Source: Bacteroidota bacterium (lineage in GTDB: Bacteria > Bacteroidota > Bacteroidia > NS11-12g > UBA955). From it: a DNA stretch of 64,000 nucleotides. The first letter of the stretch is position 1; the number at the start of each line of letters is the position of its first letter. A program made the position numbers and the translations under genes. Where the stretch lies: NCBI GenBank assembly GCA_005798825.1, contig SYIL01000018.1:43943-107942 (forward strand). Direction: 5' to 3'. This document shows positions 20,771 through 31,240 of the stretch, one piece after another. The notes beneath the pieces are model-generated. The model was not told the DNA's origin. It was given only the letters and a program-made list of their open reading frames with translations, and did no database searches.

Positions 20771-23700
20771 CTATTCTACCATGATCTCTTTAACCGGTAT
20801 TTTTTTTCGTCGAAATGTTTCAAATTCACGGCGGTATACCGCCGAACCACCCAGGGTATTTCCAGATGCTACATTATTTCCATTTGCCTGAGAGAGCATA
20901 TTGCTGCTTCGAGAAAACATCTTAAGGCGCCAATTTTCGTTGCGGGTATTGTATTCTAAATTAAAATTTAAAGGAACTGAAACACTGTTTACAAGCATTG
21001 CAACGGTTGGGTCATAGTTTAAATCTAAACGCAATCTTTCGCTTAATTCCCATTCGCTATTTACAAAAAGTTGTGGATTTGTGGTCCCATTTTTCTGTTG
21101 TACATCATCGATATTCATTTGTATTCGTGTAGGTATCGCATATTTAGAAAATATGTCGTTCATTACCGTTGAGGCAATGGTAGAAACGCTATTTCCTGCA
21201 ACACCTGCTCCCCTGATTACACTCACATTGGTAGGATTTCCACTGGAGAAAGAGGGTGGCAAAAAATTGCCCAATATTAACAAGGAAACAGACTGGCGAA
21301 GGGTTTCGTCCTTGTCTTGTCTTATCCGCTGAATTACAGAATTAACTTCGCTATTCGCACCCACACCACCAGAAGACAATTCAGGTGCTTGCAAATCAAA
21401 TATTATCTGCGGCTTTAACAAACTCCCAGAGATATCGAGTGAACTCACAATCAGGGTTGCAGGAAATGACTCTCCATTATTCGAGGAACTTGAAGGCATC
21501 AACTGTTTTGGAGAAATTCGTTTCTCAACCCTACCCGAAAGTGCCAAATGTGCATCAAATGGATCACCTGACCAGGTTATTTTACCCCCTTCATCCAAGT
21601 CGATTTTTTTGGTTAGTAAATTTATCCCTGGCAATGAAAAAACATATTCTCCCGACTTAATGACATATTGACCATTGAGATAGAAATTCTCTTTTTCATC
21701 GTATAATATGCGAATATCCCCGTTGCCTTTCCCACGAATTACATCGCCGAGTCTTTTATCTATTAAAAATTCGGTCTCTAATTCAGGATTTGCGCGAATC
21801 ATAATTTCGATATTACCCAAACCCGATGAATACGATTTTCTTGCTGTCTTAGTGGTTAAAACGCCAAAGTGATTGCGGAATTTAATATTACTAGCAACAG
21901 AAGTATTGCTGAGAGTTGGATATAAAATACTCAGCTTACTGTTGTTGCAAGGTGCCATATCCATCTTGATGCTTATTTTGGCAAATGGACCCGAAATACG
22001 ACAGTTCCCATTGCCCCAGGCAGTTCCATAGAAGATTGAATTGTCTACTTCTTTGGTTTGGATTAATTGCAGACTATTGGCGTCATAAATAGACAAATCC
22101 AAAGTAAAATTGGTGAAATTGTCGTGTTTGATAGACAGGCTTGCCTTGGCCGTTCCTAAATTATCTGAGCCAGAAACCAACATCGGCTTGGCGTTGAAAA
22201 TACCGTTTGATCGCACCTGAAAATCACCATTTAAATTATATTTTGTTTTCAGGTAATCCACACCCAAGGTAACATCTCTCACTTGCACATTGCCTTGTAC
22301 TATCGGATTGGTAAGGGCCCCGACAAAACGAACTCTTCCATCAACAAAACCGTTTTCTGTAACAACAATACCCCTGAGAAAAGGTTGAAGAATATTCAAA
22401 GGGGTTTTAAATGGTATATCAAGATTGGCATCAATTTTAGAAACCTTGTGGGTAAAATCTAAATCCCCCACAATGGCAAAATTCTTGAGTGGTCCTTTTC
22501 TCCCTTTGAAATTGAAGTCAATGACTCCCGCGTAGCCTTTTTCTTGTAAATTCAAATTAAATGACCCATAATCATAACCATTATAGCGCACATTGTTAAG
22601 ATAACTTGTACCTATCATTTTGACATCCCCCAATATACCTGCTATATTCATCTTGGCTCCCCAATGAAAATCGAGGCTATCAAAAATCCCTTTGGCGAAA
22701 AATGGTTCGAGTACTTGGGGTGTTATGTTTTCAATTTGCACAGAAAAAGTATCCCGTAAGCTTGCCGAAATAATGCCATGCATATCAATAAGATTCGATG
22801 GGCTATTGAGCATAAAATTATTCACTTTTATTCGATTCCCTCTTTCAAAACTGAGATGCGCGTGCTTATCAATCTGCCATGGCTCCTGGTGAATAAGTAT
22901 ATCAGCATTCAAAATATCAGTGGGAAAAGAATCCTTTTCCACAAAACTTCTAAAACCCAACTTGACGCCATACTGGTCTTTGAATTCATGGATATTGACT
23001 GCAACATTCAAAATACCTTTTTCTAATTCTCCACTAATAGCGAACTTATCGTGTTTAACCACTCCAAGTTCTGCAGATTGACTTTCCAGATTAAAACCCA
23101 GCATTCCAGCATCATTGCTGAGCAAATTCAAGGTTACACCCGCAAATTTCGATCTCTGAAATTCAAAATCCACTGGGCCAATTATTGCCTGAACCACAGC
23201 GTTTTTAGCCAACATTTTTCCACTAAAATTGATCGGACCTGACTGCAATGTTGGATCAACAATAGAAGAAAGCCACCCCGTTTGATTCAGGTGCAAATTA
23301 AAATTAATGTCTTCAGGTATAAAATTTTGAGGGGGTTTGAATCGATTGGGAAGAAATGAGGAGATAAGGTATTGGCCCAAATTCTGGGCCTCCGTGATTT
23401 TCCAAGCACTAGAAATATACCCATTAATCCAATCACCAGCAAATGTCCAACCCTGTTTCTCAGTAATATTAAGCTGTTGATTGTTACAAAAATATCGTGT
23501 GTCTCCATGAGCAGCAACCAATTGTTGAACCGTGAAATTGGCATTGGTATTTCCCAAATCTTCTGTCCCAAAATCAAAAACAGCATTACAAGATAAAACC
23601 AATGGTAAATTTGCAAGTCCAAATCGTTCGAACACTAGATTCGAAGCCATAAGCCTGGATTGTATTCTTGGTTTAGAATGCCAAGACAAAATTCGGGCAT

Positions 23701-25243
23701 TTGCCTCCATTGAAAATTTTGGATCAGAAAATATTGCATCCAAATCGATGGTATCTTGACTTGCCAGTACACGGATTTTAACATCATCCATTGAACGACC
23801 AATACCACTAATTTTCTGAATATCTAAGTTTAAATCCGCCTGGAGATCATTGGGTGCTCTCAGAATTCCGTTTAACGCAAAAGAGGCTTGGTTGATGGTT
23901 AGACCGAGCCTATCACCGCCTATTCTAGACAAATCAAAGGTCGATAAACTGCCTGATGCACCAAAATTCGAAATATCACCATTGTCTTTAAACTGCAAAA
24001 CAAAATTTCCCAAACATTCACCCGGATTTGCATTCACTAGCCCATCAAATTTCAACTCATTCAGCGATCCAGATAGTTTTCCTTGTATTGTACTCAAAGG
24101 GAAATTCTTCAATTGGGTAATCGAATCTAAATCTTTGATTAAGCCTACAATATCGTCCATGGCTAATTGCGATTCTGCAAAATCTAGTTCGTAACGCATG
24201 GCTGAGAGTGATTCCAAAGATGAAATTCGCCCCACACCTTTTAACAAAGTTTTTTGCGGCTCAGTTGCAAAACTAAAATGGGTGAGTTGCAGATTTGAAA
24301 GGGTGCCCACGGCGTTTAAATCGACATGCAATGGAAGTGTATGATTCTTAAACCATGGATTAAACGCTTGCAAATCGCCCAAAGAAATGAGGGATTTATT
24401 GAGCGAAATATTCCACCGAACACTATCAAATATATCTGATAAATTGTCAACAGAATTGTATTTTAACTCGATTCGATTGGCAATTGAACTAAAAGGTGTT
24501 TTGAGTTCCATTTCGCTAAAAATTAATGCTTTCTCATCGAGTACCATATTGAACCTACCTCTAGAAATTGTCAATCCGCTCCTTTCTAGTCCTTGGATAT
24601 GGTCCACTTTTGCAACGCAAATGGGTTTGCCAAAGCGCAAAGAATCAAAGTCAATACCCAAACCACTAAAATGCAAATAGTTGGGATCAAAAAGAGCATC
24701 AATGGCATCTTTTTGTTTATTGAAGTATACAAAATCACCCCGGATCAAGGATGCTTTTTGAATGCGGACCTGCCAGGGGTTTTTGTGAATATTCTGATCC
24801 CCCCCATCAAAATAATCAACCAAAAAATCAAGATTTAATCCTGATCCAACGGCATGAACACCAAGTTTTATTTTAAACTTATCAAGCTTCACATTCGACA
24901 ATGTGATGAGACGCTTTTTAAATTCAATATCGTATATTCTGGCATCGAGCCGTTCAAACTCAATAAGCGTATCCTGGAATAAATCAAGTATTTTCAGTTT
25001 CTCGATGTGGATATTCCCCCGAAAATCAATAGAAATATCCCCCAATTCTATATGGGTGTTTAGTTCTTTCTCCAAATTCGAAACAAATCGATGGGCAATG
25101 TAGTTTTGTATACTTTTTTGAGACAATAAAAGGACTGCTGTCCCTATCAGAAATAGAAACGAAAAGAACAGCAGAAGTATAAACTTCCGTAGTTTTGCGC
25201 CAGTATTTTTCAATACATCAAACATAATGTTCGACTTTGCCAT
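20771..25243 (-). CDS. tamB: Translocation/assembly module TamB-like protein (AsmA-like/DUF490 giant envelope protein)
   Basis: About 1490 aa. The track start is a GTG at 25252 and the first ATG is at 25243. It has an N-terminal TM anchor (FILLLFFSFLFLIGTAVLLL), a long predicted beta-rich body, and a C-terminal DUF490-like region. Confidence 0.7.
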   Translation of the reverse strand: MAKSNIMFDVLKNTGAKLRKFILLLFFSFLFLIGTAVLLLSQKSIQNYIAHRFVSNLEKELNTHIELGDISIDFRGNIHIEKLKILDLFQDTLIEFERLDARIYDIEFKKRLITLSNVKLDKFKIKLGVHAVGSGLNLDFLVDYFDGGDQNIHKNPWQVRIQKASLIRGDFVYFNKQKDAIDALFDPNYLHFSGLGIDFDSLRFGKPICVAKVDHIQGLERSGLTISRGRFNMVLDEKALIFSEMELKTPFSSIANRIELKYNSVDNLSDIFDSVRWNISLNKSLISLGDLQAFNPWFKNHTLPLHVDLNAVGTLSNLQLTHFSFATEPQKTLLKGVGRISSLESLSAMRYELDFAESQLAMDDIVGLIKDLDSITQLKNFPLSTIQGKLSGSLNELKFDGLVNANPGECLGNFVLQFKDNGDISNFGASGSLSTFDLSRIGGDRLGLTINQASFALNGILRAPNDLQADLNLDIQKISGIGRSMDDVKIRVLASQDTIDLDAIFSDPKFSMEANARILSWHSKPRIQSRLMASNLVFERFGLANLPLVLSCNAVFDFGTEDLGNTNANFTVQQLVAAHGDTRYFCNNQQLNITEKQGWTFAGDWINGYISSAWKITEAQNLGQYLISSFLPNRFKPPQNFIPEDINFNLHLNQTGWLSSIVDPTLQSGPINFSGKMLAKNAVVQAIIGPVDFEFQRSKFAGVTLNLLSNDAGMLGFNLESQSAELGVVKHDKFAISGELEKGILNVAVNIHEFKDQYGVKLGFRSFVEKDSFPTDILNADILIHQEPWQIDKHAHLSFERGNRIKVNNFMLNSPSNLIDMHGIISASLRDTFSVQIENITPQVLEPFFAKGIFDSLDFHWGAKMNIAGILGDVKMIGTSYLNNVRYNGYDYGSFNLNLQEKGYAGVIDFNFKGRKGPLKNFAIVGDLDFTHKVSKIDANLDIPFKTPLNILQPFLRGIVVTENGFVDGRVRFVGALTNPIVQGNVQVRDVTLGVDYLKTKYNLNGDFQVRSNGIFNAKPMLVSGSDNLGTAKASLSIKHDNFTNFTLDLSIYDANSLQLIQTKEVDNSIFYGTAWGNGNCRISGPFAKISIKMDMAPCNNSKLSILYPTLSNTSVASNIKFRNHFGVLTTKTARKSYSSGLGNIEIMIRANPELETEFLIDKRLGDVIRGKGNGDIRILYDEKENFYLNGQYVIKSGEYVFSLPGINLLTKKIDLDEGGKITWSGDPFDAHLALSGRVEKRISPKQLMPSSSSNNGESFPATLIVSSLDISGSLLKPQIIFDLQAPELSSGGVGANSEVNSVIQRIRQDKDETLRQSVSLLILGNFLPPSFSSGNPTNVSVIRGAGVAGNSVSTIASTVMNDIFSKYAIPTRIQMNIDDVQQKNGTTNPQLFVNSEWELSERLRLDLNYDPTVAMLVNSVSVPLNFNLEYNTRNENWRLKMFSRSSNMLSQANGNNVASGNTLGGSAVYRREFETFRRKKIPVKEIMVE

Positions 25244-25257
25244 TAAATCCACTTAAA

Positions 25258-26265
25258 ATGTCACTATCCACTATTTTGGGCATTGAGAGTAGTTGTGACG
25301 ATACTGCCGCCGCCATACTCTGTAATGGCAAAATTCTTGCCAATATAACAGCCACGCAAACAGTGCATGCCCAATACGGTGGGGTTGTTCCAGAATTGGC
25401 CTCTCGGGCACACCAAAGTAATATTATACCCGTCATTGAAATGGCCTTAGCAAAAGCACACATTACGATGGATGAACTGTCGGCAGTAGCTGTAACCCAA
25501 GGTCCCGGATTAATGGGCTCCTTGTTGGTGGGCCTCAATGTGGCTAAGGGATTGTGCATCGCAAAAGATTTGCCTTTGATTGGGGTAAATCATCTCCAAG
25601 CGCATATTGCCGCCTTGTTTATAGACCGTGATGTATCCTTGCCAATGTTGTGCTTATTGGTTAGTGGTGGACATACACAAATTGTATATGTAACCACACC
25701 CATGACTATGGAAATTATCGGTAGCACATGCGATGATGCCGCAGGAGAAGCTTTTGACAAAGGAGCAAAACTCATGGGATTGCCCTATCCAGGAGGACCC
25801 TTTATCGACCAACATGCAAAAAATGGGAACCCATTGGCATTTGGGTTTCCCGATAGCCAAACCAAAGAATTTGACTTCAGTTTCTCTGGTATTAAAACAT
25901 CATTGCTTTATTTCCTCCAAAAACACATTGCGTCAGACCCACTTTTTCTTGAGACTCATTTGCCTGACGTTTGCGCCTCTTACCAAAGACAAATTATTAT
26001 GAGTCTTTTGAAGCGCTTTGAAAAAGCCATCCAACGCTTCAAACCCGTCAGTATAGGATTAACCGGTGGGGTGTCGGCCAATAGTGAATTGCGACAAAAA
26101 TTTTTGGTATTGGAGCAGAAATATGCGATTACAGCCATCATTCCCGAATTAGAATTCTGCACCGACAATGCCGCAATGGTAGCCATGGCTGGTTATCACC
26201 AGTATCTTAATAGAGATTTTACATCGCTCTGTGCATTGCCTTATAATAGGGTGAAGCAATCCTAA
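25258..26265 (+). CDS. tsaD: tRNA N6-adenosine threonylcarbamoyltransferase TsaD
   Basis: The track ORF starts with TTG at 25237. The conserved N-terminus MSLSTILGIESSCDDTAAAI begins at the ATG at 25258. It also has …GVNHLQAHI… and Kae1/TsaD metal-binding motifs. Confidence 0.9.
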   Translation: MSLSTILGIESSCDDTAAAILCNGKILANITATQTVHAQYGGVVPELASRAHQSNIIPVIEMALAKAHITMDELSAVAVTQGPGLMGSLLVGLNVAKGLCIAKDLPLIGVNHLQAHIAALFIDRDVSLPMLCLLVSGGHTQIVYVTTPMTMEIIGSTCDDAAGEAFDKGAKLMGLPYPGGPFIDQHAKNGNPLAFGFPDSQTKEFDFSFSGIKTSLLYFLQKHIASDPLFLETHLPDVCASYQRQIIMSLLKRFEKAIQRFKPVSIGLTGGVSANSELRQKFLVLEQKYAITAIIPELEFCTDNAAMVAMAGYHQYLNRDFTSLCALPYNRVKQS

Positions 26266-26360
26266 AACACGTGGTATAAAAATCAATACTCCTATAGGGA
26301 TTTAAAATTTTTGTCAATGCGATTTACTGCTTACATACGCAATTTGAATATCTTCGCATT

Positions 26361-27260
26361 ATGGCATTTAATCCAAGCCCTCAACTCATTGCTGAAGGAA
26401 ACCAAAGAGCCATTGCGAGGGCCATTACTTGGGTCGAAAACCAAAATCCCAAAGGACTATCTCTGTTAGAAAAATTGCATGGTCAGGCCCCTGTAATTGG
26501 CATCACAGGACCTCCTGGGGCAGGAAAAAGCAGTTTGGTCCATGCGTTGGTATTGTATTGGAGTAGTCTTGGACTAAAAACGGCCATTGTTGCAGTAGAC
26601 CCCTCCTCACCATTTAATTTGGGTTCACTGCTTGGAGACCGATTGCGAATGCCAGGATTGTTTCTCGATCCAAAGGTATATATCCGAAGCATGTCAGCAC
26701 GTGGTTCTTTGGGTGGATTGACGGCCAGTATTATCGAAGTGTGTGATATACTGAAACATGCCCAATTCGACCGAATCATTATTGAAACTGTAGGTGTCGG
26801 TCAAAGTGAAATAGAAATCGCTGGTCTTGCCGATACCACATTGGTGTTGACTGTTCCTGAGAGTGGGGATGAAATACAAACGCTTAAAAGTGGGGTCATG
26901 GAAATTGCCGATATTTTTGTAGTCAATAAATCTGATAGAGCGGGTTCCGATACATTTGCCAGCCATTTACAAAAATTGTCACACCAAAGAAGCAACATTG
27001 TTGCTTGGGAAATTCCAGTAATTAAGACTATCGCAACCCGAAATGAGGGAATTATAGACCTCAGTGAGGCCATCAATGCCCACCAAAAAGTTGCGCATTT
27101 GCAAGATAGACAGATTCATTTAATGGCAGAAAAAGCATACCGTCTGGTGCAACGAGACAAAATGAAACAGCATTCATTTTTAGAAATTAAGGAACGCATG
27201 GCTCAAGAAATTAATAATGAAGGTTTTAACCTCTATGCCTTCAGCAAGCAATTTTGTTGA
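26361..27260 (+). CDS. meaB: Methylmalonyl-CoA mutase-associated G-protein MeaB (ArgK/LAO-AO transport ATPase)
   Basis: 299 aa. It has the P-loop GITGPPGAGKSSL and …VETVGVGQSE…VVNKSDR…, the MeaB signature. No mutase gene lies in the window. Confidence 0.8.
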   Translation: MAFNPSPQLIAEGNQRAIARAITWVENQNPKGLSLLEKLHGQAPVIGITGPPGAGKSSLVHALVLYWSSLGLKTAIVAVDPSSPFNLGSLLGDRLRMPGLFLDPKVYIRSMSARGSLGGLTASIIEVCDILKHAQFDRIIIETVGVGQSEIEIAGLADTTLVLTVPESGDEIQTLKSGVMEIADIFVVNKSDRAGSDTFASHLQKLSHQRSNIVAWEIPVIKTIATRNEGIIDLSEAINAHQKVAHLQDRQIHLMAEKAYRLVQRDKMKQHSFLEIKERMAQEINNEGFNLYAFSKQFC

Positions 27261-27261
27261 A

Positions 27262-29691
27262 TTACTGCTGAATTTGGACCAGGGCTTGGGTATTGCCAAT
27301 CCGGAGCAAATACAATCCCGTGCCCAAACCACGGGTATTAATCTCCAATTGGTCTTCAAGGACATTTCCCTCTAGCACAACGGCTCCGGATACAGAAATC
27401 AATTGCCATTTAACATTCAGAAAAGTTTGTAACCCATTGGCTAAAATTGAATTTACGGCTGGGTTGGGGTAAATATGAATATTGCCCATGATTTTTTTTA
27501 CGGAAAGGGTTTTATCGACCAACCGCACCACACAGTTTTGAGAATATCCTTTCCATTTACTGTCAAAATCAACCATGGCTCGGTTATTAATCAAGGAATT
27601 AATGGGTAAATTTTTTGATATTTCTACACGATATTTTACGAATCCAACACTGTTGGCAGGATACATTTCGAATGCACTCAAGTTTGCCTCAGGAAAATCA
27701 ACAACCAAAATTCTTCCCTGTTCAATGCTATACAGGGCTTTTGTTGGATAAAAAGAGCTTAAAACCAAACGCAGAAGGGGTAAATTGGCATCCAGTGTAT
27801 CCACAAAAACGGCACGCTTTACAAAAGAAGTACTTGTATTGCGAAAATTTACACGGTAATTCCATTGTAAAGCCCTGTAATCCACTGCATTATTTTCATC
27901 ACTTTCTTTCAAAACCGTCACCAATCCGCCCCTTCTGCCCACGCGCAATTGAAGCGTATCAGCGTTGTCTGTTTTGTCCGCATCATTTAGGATAATGCCA
28001 GAACCAGTTTTAATATAGATTGGAAAGTCATCGTCTTGTTTGGCATCCAAAGGCAGTTTTGTATTAATCGAAATGAACTGAACCCCAAAAGCCGGCAAAT
28101 TTGTCAAAGAATAAATTGCTTCCCCATTGGCATAGTTATCGGGTGGAGGAGTCGATTGATAGGTTGTTATAGCCTTGCTGTGCAATACGTGAACGGTTCC
28201 ATTATTGACTGTGCTTGCTCCATGGTTTGTAACCGCCAAAATCAAGCGAACTTCATCTCCGGCTTTCGAATTCTCAGGAACCATTGCCTCAATACCTACC
28301 TGGAGATCCTGAAGGGAAGGCAGCTGATACTGACCCAATTTTACATAACTGTAAACTCCATTGCGAATGCGAACAGTGGTGTTACCCAAGCAGACTGAAT
28401 ACAAATGTTTACCAGCCACCGTATTCAAATCATAATCTCCTGCCGGCAAAGCCATGCTAAAATGTCCCAGCGAATCGCTTACAGCAAAATGCACAGTACC
28501 CGAAACTTTGTTTGACATTCGTATGAACTTGGCAGAAAGGCCAATTTCAGCATCGTCTTTCATGCAATTAGAATTGACATCAAAAAATAGGTCGCCACAA
28601 AGATTTCCCGATTCAGATTCTATTTTAGAAAAATATTGAATGTCTGTATTTAATTCAGTAAAATCTCCCCAAATGAAGGCACCATCCCCTCGCTGACCGA
28701 GTGTAAAGTTTCCATTGATGCGATTTCCTGTAAATAAAAGAGAAGACCCATCATAAACCAACAAAGAAGTCCCGTTTCCATTCTTAACAAAAGTTCCACC
28801 AATAAGCAAATCATTGCCAGCACCCATTAAGGTAGAGGGAATGGCTACACTGAAGGAGTCAAACCCCAAAGAAGATGACCAACTGCCTTGGAAAACAGCA
28901 ATCTTTTTGAGACCCTTGGCGTCTTTTCCCAAAGCTGCAATTTTATTGTTAAACACGCCCAATTCGAGAATTTCACCTGCAAACGGACTGCCTATTCCAC
29001 CCCAACCGCCATTGGCTGCTGAGAAATAGGCAATATTACCAGTATTAGAACCTGCAAATTTTTGAAAATCTCCACCTACATACAAACGATTGCCTACAAC
29101 TGCCAATGAACGTATCACTCCATCCGTACCTTGTGTGGTTCCACTATTTCCGATATAAGACCATTTACTACCATTATAAGCAGCAATATTCTGAATGGGA
29201 TTCCCATCAATTGTATTGTTAAATAACCCTGCTACAATGAGTTTATCATCGAAAACAGTCATGGCAATAATTCCGTCGTTGCGTGTATCGATTACACCAA
29301 TCTCAGGTACCCATTTCAGCCCATCCCACTTGTATAAATGACTTATGGGAATATCCGCATCCCTTATTGCATCAACCATATAAGCAGCGGCATACATGGT
29401 ATCATGGTATAGAGCAATCGAATGAAAATTATACGTCCCCTTGACAGTTTTGACGGGAATAGGTGTGCTGAGTCCAGGGTAATAACTCCAATTCACACCG
29501 TTCCAACGCGCCATTGTGAAATCATTGGTTTCAATTGTACTGGTTTCTTCAAACAGTGCAAGGTATTCATTTCCTGCGGCGAACGAAGAAACCACTTTGG
29601 CTGGTAGTCCAGATCCCAGTGGGTGTAGTACCTGGGCTTGGGCATACGCAAAGAAAAAAGAAAATACCCAAACCAAAGACTTGACCTTCAT
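27262..29691 (-). CDS. Secreted beta-propeller (Kelch/galactose-oxidase-like) protein with T9SS type-A C-terminal sorting domain
   Basis: The track ORF starts at 29808. The internal ATG at 29691 gives an MKVKSLVWVFSFFFAYAQA signal peptide. The N-terminal half has repeated …G.W…/GG.F blade motifs. The C-terminus …IHIYPNPAVNSILANG…VSGAVVLEGNVL…GLGTGLYLLRIGNTQALVQIQQ is a type-A Por sorting domain. Confidence 0.7.
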   Translation of the reverse strand: MKVKSLVWVFSFFFAYAQAQVLHPLGSGLPAKVVSSFAAGNEYLALFEETSTIETNDFTMARWNGVNWSYYPGLSTPIPVKTVKGTYNFHSIALYHDTMYAAAYMVDAIRDADIPISHLYKWDGLKWVPEIGVIDTRNDGIIAMTVFDDKLIVAGLFNNTIDGNPIQNIAAYNGSKWSYIGNSGTTQGTDGVIRSLAVVGNRLYVGGDFQKFAGSNTGNIAYFSAANGGWGGIGSPFAGEILELGVFNNKIAALGKDAKGLKKIAVFQGSWSSSLGFDSFSVAIPSTLMGAGNDLLIGGTFVKNGNGTSLLVYDGSSLLFTGNRINGNFTLGQRGDGAFIWGDFTELNTDIQYFSKIESESGNLCGDLFFDVNSNCMKDDAEIGLSAKFIRMSNKVSGTVHFAVSDSLGHFSMALPAGDYDLNTVAGKHLYSVCLGNTTVRIRNGVYSYVKLGQYQLPSLQDLQVGIEAMVPENSKAGDEVRLILAVTNHGASTVNNGTVHVLHSKAITTYQSTPPPDNYANGEAIYSLTNLPAFGVQFISINTKLPLDAKQDDDFPIYIKTGSGIILNDADKTDNADTLQLRVGRRGGLVTVLKESDENNAVDYRALQWNYRVNFRNTSTSFVKRAVFVDTLDANLPLLRLVLSSFYPTKALYSIEQGRILVVDFPEANLSAFEMYPANSVGFVKYRVEISKNLPINSLINNRAMVDFDSKWKGYSQNCVVRLVDKTLSVKKIMGNIHIYPNPAVNSILANGLQTFLNVKWQLISVSGAVVLEGNVLEDQLEINTRGLGTGLYLLRIGNTQALVQIQQ

Positions 29692-29731
29692 CTTGTGCAA
29701 TTTACCCAATATAAAGCAATTTATTTTCAAT

Positions 29732-31240
29732 TTATTGAATCCTCCATGTATAATGAGCCGATAAACCCAATGACCATCCCCGTGATTGCACCGCCGCATT
29801 TGGAACATACATTGGGCTTAACATTCCTTGCGCATTCAATCGGAATCCTATTGATTGGATATAATTTAAACGTTTTTCGAAGCCTAATGCCACGCGCGCA
29901 CTCCAAATCCATTGCCTAAACATGGCATTGTCTAAATCTTTTTGTAATAATGTCTGATAATCCAGGGTTTTAGATCCATCCAATACCTTCAAATGATTTG
30001 CTTGTAACAAAACTTCAGGACTAAAATACAGTTTCTTGACCACAGGATAATGCCCAACCCAACCCATGGGAATAGAAAGTATACGGAACGTTGATTGAGA
30101 AGAAAAATTCACTTGCGGACCCAAATTTAGGTAAGAGAAAATAGGGTAATAACCCAGTCCATCGGGCGACTTGCCTTGCACAACGGTGGCAGGCATACTA
30201 TCGGAAAAATCAAATTGTTGTCGGCTGCGATTCTGTGCCCAACTCATGCCCATTTTGATAGAATTATGGGCTGAAATTTGATATAATCCTGCCGTTTGAA
30301 AACGAGAGGCGCCCATTGAAAATTCACCGGATTTGATACGCTCAAAATAATTTTTGTGAATGTATTGGCTATACTTGTTCGCAGCACGGTAAAGCATTCC
30401 AGTCTGATTTTGGTCAGCGGCAACCTCGAGACTCCATCTTCCCAGTAATTTCTGAGAAATGGGCAAAAAATTGGTTTCTAATTTTTGAAGATTTTCGCTG
30501 ACGCCACCCTTGTTCAAAGCGGGGTGAATACGTCTCTTGGCTATGCCAAATCCGGCCAAATCCGAAGTCCAGTATGCGATTTCATTAGCAGTTATTGGAA
30601 TCATTGAAGAAGATTGATTGGAAACTCCATTGGTTTGGACAGCATGATTTTGTATTAAAGGTAAACCATTCAAAACCCGTTCATTGTCTTGGTCTGAGGA
30701 TTGTTTGGCATCGCGTTCGTCTCGAATTGGGGCTGGTGCTTTGGTATTGTGATCATTCAGATTGAGTTTGTGGATTGAAAGTGCAGAATGCGGGATCTGT
30801 AGTGCCCGCTTTTGGGTCTCGGAATCTGTATCAATGGCAGGAGAAGTATTCGTAACAATACCAGGTTCTTCTCGAGAGGAAATTGTGGATTTGATGGAAT
30901 AGGTCTTGTCAGAAGTTGTTTTTTGCGCTTTATCAGATACTCCATGCGAAGACAACGATAGTGGTGATTCCGCGTTGTGAGGGATATTAACTACTTGAGG
31001 ATTTTGCGAAGACTGATTGGACTTTAAGTATACAAGGGAAAAAACCGCAATCAAAAGAACGCCGGCAGTAGAATAATACCATGTGAATTTTCGCCGGCGC
31101 TCTTTGCGGTCAAGGGAAGCATGGACTGATTGCCATACAGCATGGGGAGGATCTGGGGTAAAATCCTCGAACTGTTGGTTTAACCAATTGTCGATATGCT
31201 TACTATTATTTTTCAGTTTCCTTGTTTCTATTGTTTTCAA
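29732..31240 (-). CDS. Membrane protein co-encoded with an ECF sigma factor: anti-sigma-like N-terminus, one TM, S/T/Q/N-rich linker, C-terminal outer-membrane beta-barrel-like domain
   Basis: 502 aa with a TTG start that overlaps the sigma gene by 35 nt. A roughly 55-aa cytoplasmic segment precedes a TM helix (YYSTAGVLLIAVFSLVYL). A roughly 180-aa low-complexity region follows. The last 250 aa alternate amphipathic beta-strand-like segments. Confidence 0.45.
   Translation of the reverse strand: MKTIETRKLKNNSKHIDNWLNQQFEDFTPDPPHAVWQSVHASLDRKERRRKFTWYYSTAGVLLIAVFSLVYLKSNQSSQNPQVVNIPHNAESPLSLSSHGVSDKAQKTTSDKTYSIKSTISSREEPGIVTNTSPAIDTDSETQKRALQIPHSALSIHKLNLNDHNTKAPAPIRDERDAKQSSDQDNERVLNGLPLIQNHAVQTNGVSNQSSSMIPITANEIAYWTSDLAGFGIAKRRIHPALNKGGVSENLQKLETNFLPISQKLLGRWSLEVAADQNQTGMLYRAANKYSQYIHKNYFERIKSGEFSMGASRFQTAGLYQISAHNSIKMGMSWAQNRSRQQFDFSDSMPATVVQGKSPDGLGYYPIFSYLNLGPQVNFSSQSTFRILSIPMGWVGHYPVVKKLYFSPEVLLQANHLKVLDGSKTLDYQTLLQKDLDNAMFRQWIWSARVALGFEKRLNYIQSIGFRLNAQGMLSPMYVPNAAVQSRGWSLGLSAHYTWRIQ

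Noticed and set aside
29692-29808. The track shows N-terminal extensions, including 39 aa on the Kelch/T9SS ORF. Similar upstream extensions appear on the glmM, aspartate kinase, PBP, tsaD and recO ORFs.
   Set aside because: In each case an internal start codon sits immediately before a signal peptide or a conserved family N-terminus. The extensions are artefacts of the longest-ORF convention, so I moved those starts.
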